Under the pieces are notes generated by a model that did not search any database, was not told the DNA's origin, and saw only the letters and a program-made list of their open reading frames with translations. Shown here one piece after another: positions 11,025 to 20,802 of a DNA stretch of 64,000 nt. This DNA is from Acidobacteriota bacterium (GTDB lineage: Bacteria > Acidobacteriota > Thermoanaerobaculia > Gp7-AA8). The stretch lies in contig JAFATB010000014.1 of assembly GCA_019244185.1 (NCBI GenBank), forward strand, positions 352,001 through 416,000. Reading direction: 5' to 3'. A program made the position numbers and the translations under genes. Within the stretch, counting starts at the first letter, position 1, and each line of letters begins with the position of its first letter.

Positions 11025-12262
11025 ATGCAGCCATTCTCGCCATCGGTTCCGAGATGCTCGGACCGACGCGCGTCGACACGAACTCGCTGAAGATCACGAC
11101 CGCGCTCGAACGCTACGGCATCGCGCTCGCGCGCAAGTCCGTCGTCGGCGATCTCCTCGGCGATCTCGTCGACGAGATCCGCTACGCCATCGCGCGCGTC
11201 GACTTCCTGATCATCACGGGCGGCCTCGGCCCCACCGAAGACGATCTCACGCGCGAGGCCCTCGCCGCGGCGTTCGGTCTCACGCTGCGCGTCGAGCAGT
11301 CGATCATCGACAAGATCGAGGCGCGCTTCGCCGCGCGCGGCTGGAAGATGCCGGACGTCAACAAACGGCAGGCGAACGTCTTCGTCGATCAGCAATGGCT
11401 GCCGAACGAACGCGGCACCGCGCCGGGCTTTCACCTGCAGGTCGACGGCGGCAAGCACGTGTGGGTCTTTCCCGGCGTGCCGCACGAGCTCGAGTGGATG
11501 CTCGCGACGTACTTCGTGCCGTGGCTCGAGGAGCTGAGCGGCGGACGCTCGCGTTACCGCCGCATCCTCAAGATCGCGGGACTCACCGAGTCGGGCGTCG
11601 AGGAGAAGCTGAAGCCGTACTACGAGCATCATCCCGGCGAGCTCGTGACGATCCTCGCCACGAGCGCCGCGATCGAAGTGCATCTCATCGGCGAAGGCGA
11701 CGAAGCCGCCGCGAAGGCGCAGCTCGCGACGCGCGAGCGCGAGCTCCTCGACATCTTCGGCCAGCGGGTCTTCGGCTACGACGACGACACGATCGAGAGC
11801 GTGCTCGGCGCGCTGCTCGCCTCGCGCAACGAAACGCTCGCCACCGCGGAGTCGTGCACCGGCGGTCTCCTCGGCTCGCGTATCACCGATATCTCAGGCA
11901 GCTCCCGCTACTACCTCGGCGGCGCCGTCTGCTACACCGCCGCCGCGAAGAGCGCGCTCGCGAACGTCGACGCGGCGCTCATCCGCGAGCACGGCGAAGT
12001 TTCGGAAGAGGTTGCGGTGGCGCTCGCGCAGGGCATCCGCGCGCGCTTCGGCGCCACGTACGGCGTCGGCATCACCGGCATCGCCGGCCCCACCGGCGGC
12101 ACGCCCGAGAAGCCGGTCGGCACCGTGCACATCGCCGTCGCGACCGCCGACGCCCACCACCACCGCAAGCTCTTCTCGCAAGGCCCGCGCACGATCGTGA
12201 AGTGGTATTCGACGCAACAGGCGCTCGACCTGCTGCGCCGCGTGATCCTCGGCGCGATCTGA
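11021..12262 (+). CDS. cinA: CinA family protein (MoCF-like domain plus PncC nicotinamide-nucleotide amidohydrolase)
   Basis: IGSEML, DTNS, TGGLGPTEDDLT, GTAPG, TAESCTGG and GITGIAGPTGG..KPVGTV. Confidence 0.95.
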   Translation: MNAAILAIGSEMLGPTRVDTNSLKITTALERYGIALARKSVVGDLLGDLVDEIRYAIARVDFLIITGGLGPTEDDLTREALAAAFGLTLRVEQSIIDKIEARFAARGWKMPDVNKRQANVFVDQQWLPNERGTAPGFHLQVDGGKHVWVFPGVPHELEWMLATYFVPWLEELSGGRSRYRRILKIAGLTESGVEEKLKPYYEHHPGELVTILATSAAIEVHLIGEGDEAAAKAQLATRERELLDIFGQRVFGYDDDTIESVLGALLASRNETLATAESCTGGLLGSRITDISGSSRYYLGGAVCYTAAAKSALANVDAALIREHGEVSEEVAVALAQGIRARFGATYGVGITGIAGPTGGTPEKPVGTVHIAVATADAHHHRKLFSQGPRTIVKWYSTQQALDLLRRVILGAI

Positions 12263-12293
12263 CGATCATTGCGGACATCCGGAACGATGGCTA

Positions 12294-12497
12294 TCATGCC
12301 GCGGCTCCCGGTCCGTTGCGCCAGCGATCGATCTCGTCGTCCACGTCGCGTGCGAGCTCGTCGATCGTCCGGCGAAGCCAGGCCGAGATGCGCAGGGCGA
12401 AGCGGATGATCGTCTCGATTCCGTGTACCACGAGCACGACGGCGATGAAGCCGCCGATCACGACATCGAACACGTCTTTGGTCCCGTTGAGCGTCAT
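12294..12497 (-). CDS. Small hypothetical membrane protein (67 aa)
   Basis: GGAGA Shine-Dalgarno before the ATG; one hydrophobic segment VVIGGFIAVVLVV. Confidence 0.55.
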   Translation of the reverse strand: MTLNGTKDVFDVVIGGFIAVVLVVHGIETIIRFALRISAWLRRTIDELARDVDDEIDRWRNGPGAAA

Positions 12498-12548
12498 GAT
12501 TCAGGTCTCCTGGAAGCGAGCTCTCAGCGCAACCGGGAGGCCAGCCGT

Positions 12549-12607
12549 AAATCGCGATTTGCCAAGACTTACGGAGCGTTACGTAAGGATCGGTAAAGGT
12601 TGTCAAC
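12549..12607. promoter_or_regulatory. Cluster of palindromes in a divergent intergenic region (candidate operators)
   Basis: AAATCGCGATTT (12549-12560), CTTACG-N8-CGTAAG (12568-12587) and GTTG-T-CAAC (12599-12607). Confidence 0.4.
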
Positions 12608-12675
12608 GTTTAGCCGCCGCATAGTCGTTCGGCGCAATTTGTCGGTCGGAGTGCCGCAGGTTGGCAGGAGGATGA

Positions 12676-14118
12676 ATGCCGCTTTTCGCGGTGAAGGCTG
12701 AAGAGATCGCGCTCATCGACGCGCTGCCGGTGCCGGAGCATCCGTCGACGACGTTCGACGATGAACGTTACCGCGCGCTGATCGCGCGATCCTTCTCCAT
12801 TACTGCCGACGAGAAGCGGAGCATCCTCGAAAGCACCCCGAAATTCACGCAACATCAGGTTGACGAGCTGTTTCGCATTCTGGAGGAAGAGCGGCAGAAG
12901 TTTTCGGAGCTGAATGCACGGCACGAAGCGCGGATGGTGAGAATTGCCGAGGAGCGGGGGCAGGTCGTGATGACCTCCGTGGCGCGTTCTCAGACGACAC
13001 AACTCACGAATCAAGAGAAGGCTGCGCTGGTGCGCGAATCCATTCCGGATCTCGTGGCGCCGCTCGGTGGAAAGGCGCTCAGTTGCATGCGCGCATTTTT
13101 GGCGCGTTTCGCGGACCGCATCGAACAGACCGGGGAGACTTCGATCGAGGGGACCCTCGATGACCTCTTCTCTGACGAACTGCGGAACGCTGACCTCAAC
13201 GCGCAGCACGCGGACTGCAAGGCCGATCCCACCTTCATCAAGAACACCATTCATCCCATGCTCTCGAACCTTCGTCCGCGGACGGAGAGCGCGCGCTATG
13301 CAGGCGGGAGTCGTCACATCATCAGTCTGGTGCTCGACGAGGCGAAGGCGCCGCGCGGCCGCGTCAAGGCGCAGCATCGCTTCTCGATCCTGATCCGTCC
13401 GGACATGCCTCCGGCACTGGCAGCGGAGAACCTGCGCACGCAGATCCTGCGGGCCGCGATCGAAGGCGTGTATGCAGTGGGTGTCGAACAGTGTCTCGAC
13501 CGCGACGTGCTACGGCATTTCGGCACGATCGCGCGGCGGATCGCGGAAGACGAAAAGCCTTCGACCAACACGCAACGTGTTTACCTCCAAATCACCGGAT
13601 TACTGGCGACGACGGAGAGCATCGTGCGGTTGCTGCCGGGCGATCGCATTCCTTTTCTCACGGCTCTGTTCCGCTTCGAGCTTCGCAGTCGTCACGACCC
13701 GACGCGAGCCGCGGAGTACTTCGACGCCTGGTTCATCGATGCCGCGAAGGAGATCGGTATCGAAGCCGAAGCGGACGGCGAGCGCGCGTTCAAAGATCAG
13801 CTGACCGCGTACGGACAGTTCTCGTTTCCCGAGAAGCTGCTGGTGCTGAAGGCGTGGCTCGTGGGAGACGAGAAACGGCGCGAAGAACTCTCTCAGCTGA
13901 TGGCCCGAACGTCGCTGCCGTCGCCACCGAAGCAGGAGCCGTACGTCATTCGTCCCGGGGTGTTCGACGTCGAGAGCGCGGTCGCGGCGTGTCTTGGGAG
14001 TGCCGCCGACGGCTTCGACCTCATCGTCGACCTCAAGACGCGCGAGGCGGTCGAATCGCTGCAGGTGCGCGGCGAGCTCGCCCGCCTCCTCACGCCGTCG
14101 GCGGTCACCCGTTCCTGA
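12676..14118 (+). CDS. Hypothetical protein (480 aa), visibly more AT-rich codon usage
   Basis: Strong SD (GGAGGA) before the ATG; globular-looking ORF; 3' end overlaps the rseP 3' end by 14 nt. Confidence 0.8.
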   Translation: MPLFAVKAEEIALIDALPVPEHPSTTFDDERYRALIARSFSITADEKRSILESTPKFTQHQVDELFRILEEERQKFSELNARHEARMVRIAEERGQVVMTSVARSQTTQLTNQEKAALVRESIPDLVAPLGGKALSCMRAFLARFADRIEQTGETSIEGTLDDLFSDELRNADLNAQHADCKADPTFIKNTIHPMLSNLRPRTESARYAGGSRHIISLVLDEAKAPRGRVKAQHRFSILIRPDMPPALAAENLRTQILRAAIEGVYAVGVEQCLDRDVLRHFGTIARRIAEDEKPSTNTQRVYLQITGLLATTESIVRLLPGDRIPFLTALFRFELRSRHDPTRAAEYFDAWFIDAAKEIGIEAEADGERAFKDQLTAYGQFSFPEKLLVLKAWLVGDEKRREELSQLMARTSLPSPPKQEPYVIRPGVFDVESAVAACLGSAADGFDLIVDLKTREAVESLQVRGELARLLTPSAVTRS

Positions 14119-15421
14119 ACCGCAGCACGTTCGAGATCACGTCGTTGTAGAGGACGACGATCATGAGCGTGGCGAGGACGGCGAAGCCGAGTTGCTGGAT
14201 GCGTTCTTTGACGCGGAGCGAGAGCTCGCGGCGGGCGATGCCTTCGATGACCAGGATCATGAGGTGGCCGCCGTCGAGGACGGGGATCGGCAGCAGGTTC
14301 ATGAAGCCGAGTTGCAGGGAGATCGTGGCCATGAGGCCGATGACGTTCATCCAGCCGTGGCGGAGCGCTTCGCCGGAGATGCGGGCGATGTTGATCGGGC
14401 CGCTGAGCTCCTTGACGCTGCCTTCGGCGCGGAAGAGGCGGCCGAGGGCGGAGACGGTGAGCTTGAGCATCTCCCAGTTGTCGTTGACGCTGTAGCGCAG
14501 CGCGGCGATGAGCGGGAGCTTGAGGAACTTGGACGGCGAATAGATGCCGCGGCCGATGTCTTCGTTCGGCGCGAAGGCGAGCGTGGTGGTGATTGCGCGT
14601 CCGGCGCGGTCGACGGTGAGCGGGAGCGGCTTGCCGTCGAACGGCGTGACGGCTTTGACGAACTCGGAGAGCGTGCGGATCGGCTTGCCGGCGACGGCGG
14701 TGATGCGGTCGCCGGACTGCAGTCCCGCCTTCGCGGCGGGGGAGCCGGGCTTCACGCCGCCGACGAGCGCCTCGCCGCCGTAGGTGATGTTCGCGCGGCC
14801 GATCTGGCCGAAGTCTCCGGCCTCGCGGTCGGGCGTGAGGGTGGTCTCGTGGCGGACGCCGTTGCGCAGGTAGACGACGTGCAGCGGCGTGCCGGCGTTC
14901 ATCGAGACGAGCATGCGGACGTCCTCGAAATCCTCGATCGGCTCGCCTTTGATGCTGACGATGCGGTCGCCGGTCTGCAGGCCGGCGCGGGCGCCCGCCT
15001 TGCCGGGCGTGACGTCGCCGACGATCGGCGTCGACACGGGCCGGTCGAAGCCGACCATGACCAGCGCGGCGACGAAGGCGACGGCGATGACGAGGTTCAT
15101 CAGCGGTCCGGCGACCAGGATCAGGAACCGCTGCCATTTCGGTTTGGAGAGAAATTCATCCGGATTGCCGGAGACGTTTTCTTCCGGAGAATCGCCGGCC
15201 ATGCGCACGTAGCCGCCGAGGGGGATGAGGGAGACGCGGTAGTCGGTCGAGCCGCGGCGGAAACCGAAGAGGCGTTTGCCGAAGCCGAAGGAGAAGACCA
15301 GCACGCGCACGCGGAACAGCTTCGCGAAGAAGAAGTGTCCCGACTCGTGGGCGAAGATCAGGAATCCGAGGACGATGACGAACGCGAACGCGTTCGTGAC
15401 GAGGTCTTGCGCGTGAGCCAT
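14105..15421 (-). CDS. rseP: RIP metalloprotease RseP with two PDZ domains
   Basis: HESGH, IPLGGYVRM, AGPLMN and NLLPIPVLDGGH; downstream of dxr. Confidence 0.96.
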   Translation of the reverse strand: MAHAQDLVTNAFAFVIVLGFLIFAHESGHFFFAKLFRVRVLVFSFGFGKRLFGFRRGSTDYRVSLIPLGGYVRMAGDSPEENVSGNPDEFLSKPKWQRFLILVAGPLMNLVIAVAFVAALVMVGFDRPVSTPIVGDVTPGKAGARAGLQTGDRIVSIKGEPIEDFEDVRMLVSMNAGTPLHVVYLRNGVRHETTLTPDREAGDFGQIGRANITYGGEALVGGVKPGSPAAKAGLQSGDRITAVAGKPIRTLSEFVKAVTPFDGKPLPLTVDRAGRAITTTLAFAPNEDIGRGIYSPSKFLKLPLIAALRYSVNDNWEMLKLTVSALGRLFRAEGSVKELSGPINIARISGEALRHGWMNVIGLMATISLQLGFMNLLPIPVLDGGHLMILVIEGIARRELSLRVKERIQQLGFAVLATLMIVVLYNDVISNVLRFRNG

Positions 15422-15427
15422 AAGGTT

Positions 15428-16591
15428 TTACCGTCGGACTGCAACATCGATTCCGCGGGCTTCGTTCCGCGCCCAGCGGTCCCACGCCAGCGCGTCGTCG
15501 ACGGACGCGATCGGGTGGACGTCGCCGGCGTGGCGGTCGAGCACGCGCTTCACGATGTCTACGATTGACGTGAAGGGAAGTTCTCCGGCGAGGAAACGCT
15601 CGACCGCGATCTCGTTCGCGGCGTTGAGCACCGCGGGCATCGAGCCGCCGGCGCGGCAGGCGGCGTACGCGAGCTCCACGGCGGGGAAGCGGCGCGGGTC
15701 GACGGGCAGGAACTCGAGCGTGCGGATCTTCGCGAAGTCGAGCCGCGCGAACGGCGCGGCGACGCGCTCGGGGTAGAGCAGCGCGTACTGGATCGGGAAC
15801 TTCATGTCGGTCGTCGACAGCTGCGCGATGATCGAGCCGTCGACGTACTCGACCATCGAATGCACGATCGACTGCGGGTGGATGACGATGTCGATGCGGT
15901 CCGCGGGCTGGTCGAAGAGATGATGCGCCTCGATGACCTCGAGGCCTTTGTTCATCATCGTGGCCGAGTCGATGGAGATCTTGTTGCCCATCCGCCAGGT
16001 CGGATGCGCGAGCGCGGCGTCGATGGTGATGGCGTCGAACGTCGCCAGGTCGCGATGGAGGAACGGGCCGCCGGACGCGGTGAGAATGATGCGCTGCAGT
16101 TCGGGATGCGTCCCGCAGCGGATGGCCTGGTGCACGGCGTTGTGCTCGGAGTCGACCGGGAGGATCTCGCCGCCGCATTCGCGCGCGGTGCGGGTCATGA
16201 CGTCGCCGGCCGCGACGAGCACTTCCTTGTTCGCGATGCCGACGCGCTTGCCCTTGCGCAGCGCGGCGTAGACGGGCGGGATGCCGGCGGCGCCGACGAT
16301 CGCGGCGATGACCGCATCGGCCGAGGCCATCGATGCGACCGCGCACGCGCCCTCGATGCCGGGGACGATCTCCGGTGCGTCGGAGAGGAGCGCGCGCAGT
16401 TTGTGCGCGTCGTCTTCGCCGCGGACGGAGACGAGCTCGGGGCGGTACTTCGCGATCTGTTCGGCGAGCAGCTCGACGTTCGCGCCGGCGGCGAGACCGA
16501 CCACGCGCAGCTCGTCGGGAAAGGCATCGACGACGCCGAGGGTGCTGCGGCCGATGGAACCGGTGGATCCGAGGATGGAGATCGCGCGCAC
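15428..16591 (-). CDS. dxr: 1-deoxy-D-xylulose-5-phosphate reductoisomerase
   Basis: ILGSTGSIG, ANKE, LPVDSEHNA, LTASGGPF and HPTWRMGNKISIDSATMMNKGLEVIEA. Confidence 0.98.
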   Translation of the reverse strand: MRAISILGSTGSIGRSTLGVVDAFPDELRVVGLAAGANVELLAEQIAKYRPELVSVRGEDDAHKLRALLSDAPEIVPGIEGACAVASMASADAVIAAIVGAAGIPPVYAALRKGKRVGIANKEVLVAAGDVMTRTARECGGEILPVDSEHNAVHQAIRCGTHPELQRIILTASGGPFLHRDLATFDAITIDAALAHPTWRMGNKISIDSATMMNKGLEVIEAHHLFDQPADRIDIVIHPQSIVHSMVEYVDGSIIAQLSTTDMKFPIQYALLYPERVAAPFARLDFAKIRTLEFLPVDPRRFPAVELAYAACRAGGSMPAVLNAANEIAVERFLAGELPFTSIVDIVKRVLDRHAGDVHPIASVDDALAWDRWARNEARGIDVAVRR

Positions 16592-16594
16592 GGG

Positions 16595-17425
16595 TCAGCC
16601 CTGCATGATGTTCAGCGTGCGGAAGCCGTGCACGATGAGCGTCCAGTAGCAATAGAGAATCGGAGTGGTGAAGAAGATCGAGTCGAAGCGGTCGAGCATG
16701 CCGCCGTGTCCCGGGAGCAGCGTCCCGGAGTCTTTCACGTCGGCCGAGCGCTTCCACATCGACTCGGTGAGGTCGCCGATCATGCCGGCGATCGAGAGGA
16801 TCACGCCGGCGATGATCGCGTGCAGCAGCGGGAACGCGGGGAAGAACGTGAAGTGGATGATGACCGCGGCGACGACGGAGGTGAAGACGCCGCCGATGCC
16901 GCCTTCGATGGTCTTCTTCGGGCTGATGCGCGGCGACATCTTGTGGCGGCCGAACGCGCGGCCGAAGTAGTAGGCGCCGGTGTCGCCCATCCAGACGACG
17001 AGGAGCAGGAAGAAGACGAGCTTCGCGCCGTCGGGGAAGTCGTTGCGCAGGCGGATGAGCGAGCCGCCGAGCATGCCGACGTAGGTCGTGGCGAGCACGG
17101 AGACGGCGCTCGACGGCAGCGAGTCATCGAGCGGACGCGCGCCGAGGACGTACCACGCGGGGATCACGAGCAGCGCGACGAAGACTCCGAGTTCGACGGA
17201 GAGCTGGGGGAGGATGAACGCCGTCATGAGGATGAGCGTGACGACGACGCAGAGCGGGATCGGGATGTCGTAGCCTTTGCGGCGGCCGAGGGTGAGGAAC
17301 TCGATCATGGCCAGGATGCCGATCGCGGCGACGGCGACGTCGAAGACGTAGGCGTGGCTCCAGCCGACGATCCAGACCGCGACCGGCGCGGCGATGAGGG
17401 CGGTGATTTCGCGGGCGAAGCGCAT
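16595..17425 (-). CDS. cdsA: Phosphatidate cytidylyltransferase
   Basis: DTGAYYFG, SPKKTIEG and KDSGTLLPGHGGMLDRFDS. Confidence 0.97.
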   Translation of the reverse strand: MRFAREITALIAAPVAVWIVGWSHAYVFDVAVAAIGILAMIEFLTLGRRKGYDIPIPLCVVVTLILMTAFILPQLSVELGVFVALLVIPAWYVLGARPLDDSLPSSAVSVLATTYVGMLGGSLIRLRNDFPDGAKLVFFLLLVVWMGDTGAYYFGRAFGRHKMSPRISPKKTIEGGIGGVFTSVVAAVIIHFTFFPAFPLLHAIIAGVILSIAGMIGDLTESMWKRSADVKDSGTLLPGHGGMLDRFDSIFFTTPILYCYWTLIVHGFRTLNIMQG

Positions 17426-17439
17426 TCGTCAGGATGGCG

Positions 17440-18258
17440 TCACGACGAGGCGGCGTCGTCCGCCTCGATGAACATCTCCGCTTCCGCGCCTTCGACGCCG
17501 CCGTAGCGGCGCTCGCGCGACTGGAAGTCGATGATGGCCTCGAAGAGGTTGCGGCGGCGGAAGTCGGGCCAGAGCACTTTCGTGACGTGGATCTCGGCGT
17601 ACGCGATCTGCCAGAGCAGGAAGTTCGAGACGCGCAGCTCGCCGCTCGTGCGGATGAGGAGATCGGGATCGTCGACGTTCGCGGTGTAGAGGTGGCCGGC
17701 GAAGAAGTCCTCGTCGATGACCGCGTCGCTCATCTCCTTCTCGCGGAGGATGCTCATGATGCGGTTGCAGGTGTCGACGATCTCGGCGCGCCCGCCGTAG
17801 TTGAGCGCGATCTGAAAGAGGAGGCCGCTGTTCTCCGCGGTCTTCTCTTCCGCATAGCGAAGCTCGCGCTGCACGCTCGGATCGAGTCCGTCGACGCGGC
17901 CGATCGGCGTGAAGCGGATGTTGTTCTCCATCAGCGTCTGCAGCTCTTTGCGGAGGTACTCCTTGAGCAGCATCATGAGCGTGGCCACTTCGTAGCGCGG
18001 GCGCTTCCAGTTTTCGACGGAGAATGCGTAGAGCGTGATGACGCCGAGCTCGAGGCGCGCGGCGGTCTCGACGATCTCGCGTACGGAGGCGATGCCGGAG
18101 CGGTGGCCTTCGACGCGCGGCAGGTTGCGCGCGCGTGCCCAGCGGCCGTTGCCGTCCATGATCACGGCGACGTGGCGCGGCAGGCGTTTGAGGTCGATCC
18201 GTTCGAGGAGCGTCTCCTCGATCGAGCCCGGCTCGGCCAGCTTGCGCACGTCGATCAC
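17440..18258 (-). CDS. uppS: Undecaprenyl diphosphate synthase
   Basis: PRHVAVIMDGNGRWA, YAFSVENWKRP and DPDLLIRTSGELRVSNFLLWQ. Confidence 0.98.
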   Translation of the reverse strand: MIDVRKLAEPGSIEETLLERIDLKRLPRHVAVIMDGNGRWARARNLPRVEGHRSGIASVREIVETAARLELGVITLYAFSVENWKRPRYEVATLMMLLKEYLRKELQTLMENNIRFTPIGRVDGLDPSVQRELRYAEEKTAENSGLLFQIALNYGGRAEIVDTCNRIMSILREKEMSDAVIDEDFFAGHLYTANVDDPDLLIRTSGELRVSNFLLWQIAYAEIHVTKVLWPDFRRRNLFEAIIDFQSRERRYGGVEGAEAEMFIEADDAASS

Positions 18259-18275
18259 AGGTGCGGGATGTTATC

Positions 18276-18983
18276 TCAATACCGCACGTCGATGAGCACC
18301 AACCCCCGCGCCGGCGCGGTCCAGCGCGCGTCGTCGAAGAGCGCTGCCGCGTCGAGGCGTCCACGCCCCACTTCGATGAGCGAGCCGGCGATGCGGCGCA
18401 CCATGTAGCGGAGGAAGCCGTCGGCGGTGACGGTGATGCGGATGCGCTGCGCGTCGCGCACGACCTGCAATGATTCGATCGTTCGCGTCGTCGATGCGAC
18501 CTCGGGATCGGCGACCGTGAACGGCGCGAAGTCGTGCGTGCCGACGAGCGCCCGCGCGGCGGCGTCCATCGCGTTCGCGTCGAGGTAGCGCGTGACGTGC
18601 GCGTGCGTTTCGGCGGCGAAGACGTCGGCGACCTCGTCGTTCCAGATGCGGTACTCGTACGTCTTGGCTTTCGCGGAGAAGCGCGCGTGGAAGTCGTCCG
18701 CGACCGGCTCGGCGCGCGTCACGCGGACGTCGGGCGGCAGCAGTTGATTGAGGCCGAGGACGAGGCCGCGCGGCGGGATCTCGAAGGGGACGTCGGCGTG
18801 CGCGCGCTGCGCCGCGGCGTGGACGCCGGCGTCGGTGCGGCCGGCGCCGTGGAGGCGGACCGGCGTGTCGAAGAGCTGCGCGAGCGCTTCCTCGACGACC
18901 TGCTGGATGCCGAGCGCGTTGGTCTGCGCCTGCCAGCCGCCGTAGCGGGTGCCGAGGTATTGGAGGGTGAAGAGGAGGCGCAG
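18276..18983 (-). CDS. truA: tRNA pseudouridine(38-40) synthase, probable CTG start
   Basis: Frame reads LRLLFTLQYLGTRYGGWQAQ...GAGRTDAGVHA...FHARFSA...GTHDF...GFLRYMVR...TAPARGL; GGAGG lies 5 nt before CTG. Confidence 0.92.
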   Translation of the reverse strand: MRLLFTLQYLGTRYGGWQAQTNALGIQQVVEEALAQLFDTPVRLHGAGRTDAGVHAAAQRAHADVPFEIPPRGLVLGLNQLLPPDVRVTRAEPVADDFHARFSAKAKTYEYRIWNDEVADVFAAETHAHVTRYLDANAMDAAARALVGTHDFAPFTVADPEVASTTRTIESLQVVRDAQRIRITVTADGFLRYMVRRIAGSLIEVGRGRLDAAALFDDARWTAPARGLVLIDVRY

Positions 18984-18993
18984 GCGCGCCTCC

Positions 18994-20661
18994 TCAATCT
19001 TGAGCGATGATCTGTTCGCGCCGGAAGCCGGTCGTGTTCGACACCGAGTCGATGACGCCGATGGAGATCTTGTTGAGGCCCTTCTCCATCAGCAGCTCGA
19101 GGCTGTACGTGTAGTACTTGCCCGAGGTCGACTTCATGTCCGCGGCGGGCACGTGGATCTGGTGCGTCTTGCGCGCGACGTCGGACATGTCGTTGTTCTT
19201 GTTGGCGACGGCGACGTAGAGGTCGAAGCCGCCGGCGAACTCGGTGGTGCCCTGCGGCACGAACGTGAGCGAGTCCATCGGGATCTGCACGTCGACCGGC
19301 ACTTTGTAGAGGCCGTCGTCGGTGGGGCGCGGGCGGCCGACGCGGGCGAGCAGTTTGAGGTCGTTGTCCTTGGTCGAGTAGAGGAGGTTCGCGATGACGC
19401 GGTCGCTCATCTCGGCGAAGACGGACTTCTCGACGAACGTCTGGCGGTTGCGGACGGTGTAGTCCTTGTGGTTCTTGACGCGCACGCGGAGGTAGCGCTG
19501 GCGGTCGACGCGCTCGGTGCCGGCGCGGTAGCCGAGCGAGTAGTAGGACTCGAGGTCGCGCTGGATGCGCTGGAAGGCCGCGGCGAAGTTGTTCGTCTGC
19601 ACGGAGGCCTCGCCGCCGGTCATCTCCGCCATCAGCTGCATCGACTCGGTGGTGTTCTGCATCGCCGCCGAAGTGACGGCGTACGAGATCGGCTGCTGGC
19701 GCTCGGCGGACATGTCGTTCGAGCCGATGAGGCCGCCCGCGTGGATCGTGTAGAGGGTGATGTTGTTCGCGTTCGCGGTGCGCCCGACCGACTGCACGAG
19801 CGTGGTGTCGTCGAAGGTCATGCCCTCGAGCAGCGTGCCGCCGTTGTTCCAGCCTTTGTCCTTGGCCACTTCCTCGATGAAGTAGTACGCCTCGCGGCCG
19901 GGCTGCATCGGGAAGCCTTCGCTGGTGAGCACGAGGACCTTCTTGCCCTCGATGCCCGCGAGCGTCGACATGAGCGCGTTGAGCGAGGCCACGCTGGTGC
20001 GGAGGTCGTGCTCGACCGACTGCGCGTACGTGCGCGCCTGCGCCGAGGCCTCGTCGTAGCTCTGCGCGTCGCGGATGCGGTCCTGCGTGGTCTGCCATTC
20101 GCTCTTGGCGGCGACGCCGAGGCCGGACTCGGTGCGGAGCGAGTCGAGCATGGAGATGATGGCGTTCTTGTCGCGCGTGAACGGCACGCGCACTTTCATG
20201 CTGCGGTTGTAGGTGGCGATCATGGCCTCGTCGCCGGGGCGCATGGCGTCGTTGACGAACTTCTTCATCTGCTCGAAGACGCGGTTGCGGTTGAACGGCG
20301 CGAGCGAGAGGTTGTCGACGTAGAAGACGATGCGGCGCTTGAGGCTCTCGGGGATCTCCTGCTTCGCGCCGGGTGCGAGCTCGGGCGCGGGCGTCTCGCC
20401 GACGACGTTCTTCGGCGTGCCGCCTTCGACCTCGTAGAAGTTCGAGATCGTCTTCGGCACGTTGTTCTCGAGGAGCTCGAAGTCGTCCTGCGTGAGGCCG
20501 CGGACCGGATTGCCTTTGCGGTCGGTGACGACGACGTCGACGTTGATGACGCGCACGTCGATGTTCTCGACGAGGCGCGGCGGCTCGGGATCGACCTGTT
20601 TCTGCGCGTAGACGGCGCCGCTGGACGCGAGCGCGAGGATCAGGGCCAGGATGCGTTTCAA
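18994..20661 (-). CDS. Secreted VWA domain protein, Acidobacterial type
   Basis: TTG start with GGAGG SD, signal peptide, IDVRVINVDVVVTDRKGNPVRGLTQDDF, KKVLVLTSEGF, MAEMTGG and YYSLGY. Confidence 0.85.
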   Translation of the reverse strand: MKRILALILALASSGAVYAQKQVDPEPPRLVENIDVRVINVDVVVTDRKGNPVRGLTQDDFELLENNVPKTISNFYEVEGGTPKNVVGETPAPELAPGAKQEIPESLKRRIVFYVDNLSLAPFNRNRVFEQMKKFVNDAMRPGDEAMIATYNRSMKVRVPFTRDKNAIISMLDSLRTESGLGVAAKSEWQTTQDRIRDAQSYDEASAQARTYAQSVEHDLRTSVASLNALMSTLAGIEGKKVLVLTSEGFPMQPGREAYYFIEEVAKDKGWNNGGTLLEGMTFDDTTLVQSVGRTANANNITLYTIHAGGLIGSNDMSAERQQPISYAVTSAAMQNTTESMQLMAEMTGGEASVQTNNFAAAFQRIQRDLESYYSLGYRAGTERVDRQRYLRVRVKNHKDYTVRNRQTFVEKSVFAEMSDRVIANLLYSTKDNDLKLLARVGRPRPTDDGLYKVPVDVQIPMDSLTFVPQGTTEFAGGFDLYVAVANKNNDMSDVARKTHQIHVPAADMKSTSGKYYTYSLELLMEKGLNKISIGVIDSVSNTTGFRREQIIAQD

Positions 20662-20802
20662 GGTGGTGCCTCCGGGACGTTCGACGATTGCGGTCCGCCG
20701 CACGTTCCGCGCGAGGTGGCGCGCGTCATGCGAAAATACAGGACCGCCGGAAGGAAACCGGTGCGCCCGCGCAAAACTTCCGGTGTCGAAGAGGCCGCAC
20801 AA

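Noticed and set aside
13130-13400. Faint resemblance of the 480-aa orphan to Rep_3-type winged-helix initiators
   Set aside because: Only a few residues match, and there are no iterons or other plasmid or phage genes nearby
6598-20661. The two VWA proteins as direct partners of the MoxR ATPase
   Set aside because: Both have signal peptides and degenerate MIDAS motifs and lie in separate transcription units, while MoxR is cytoplasmic
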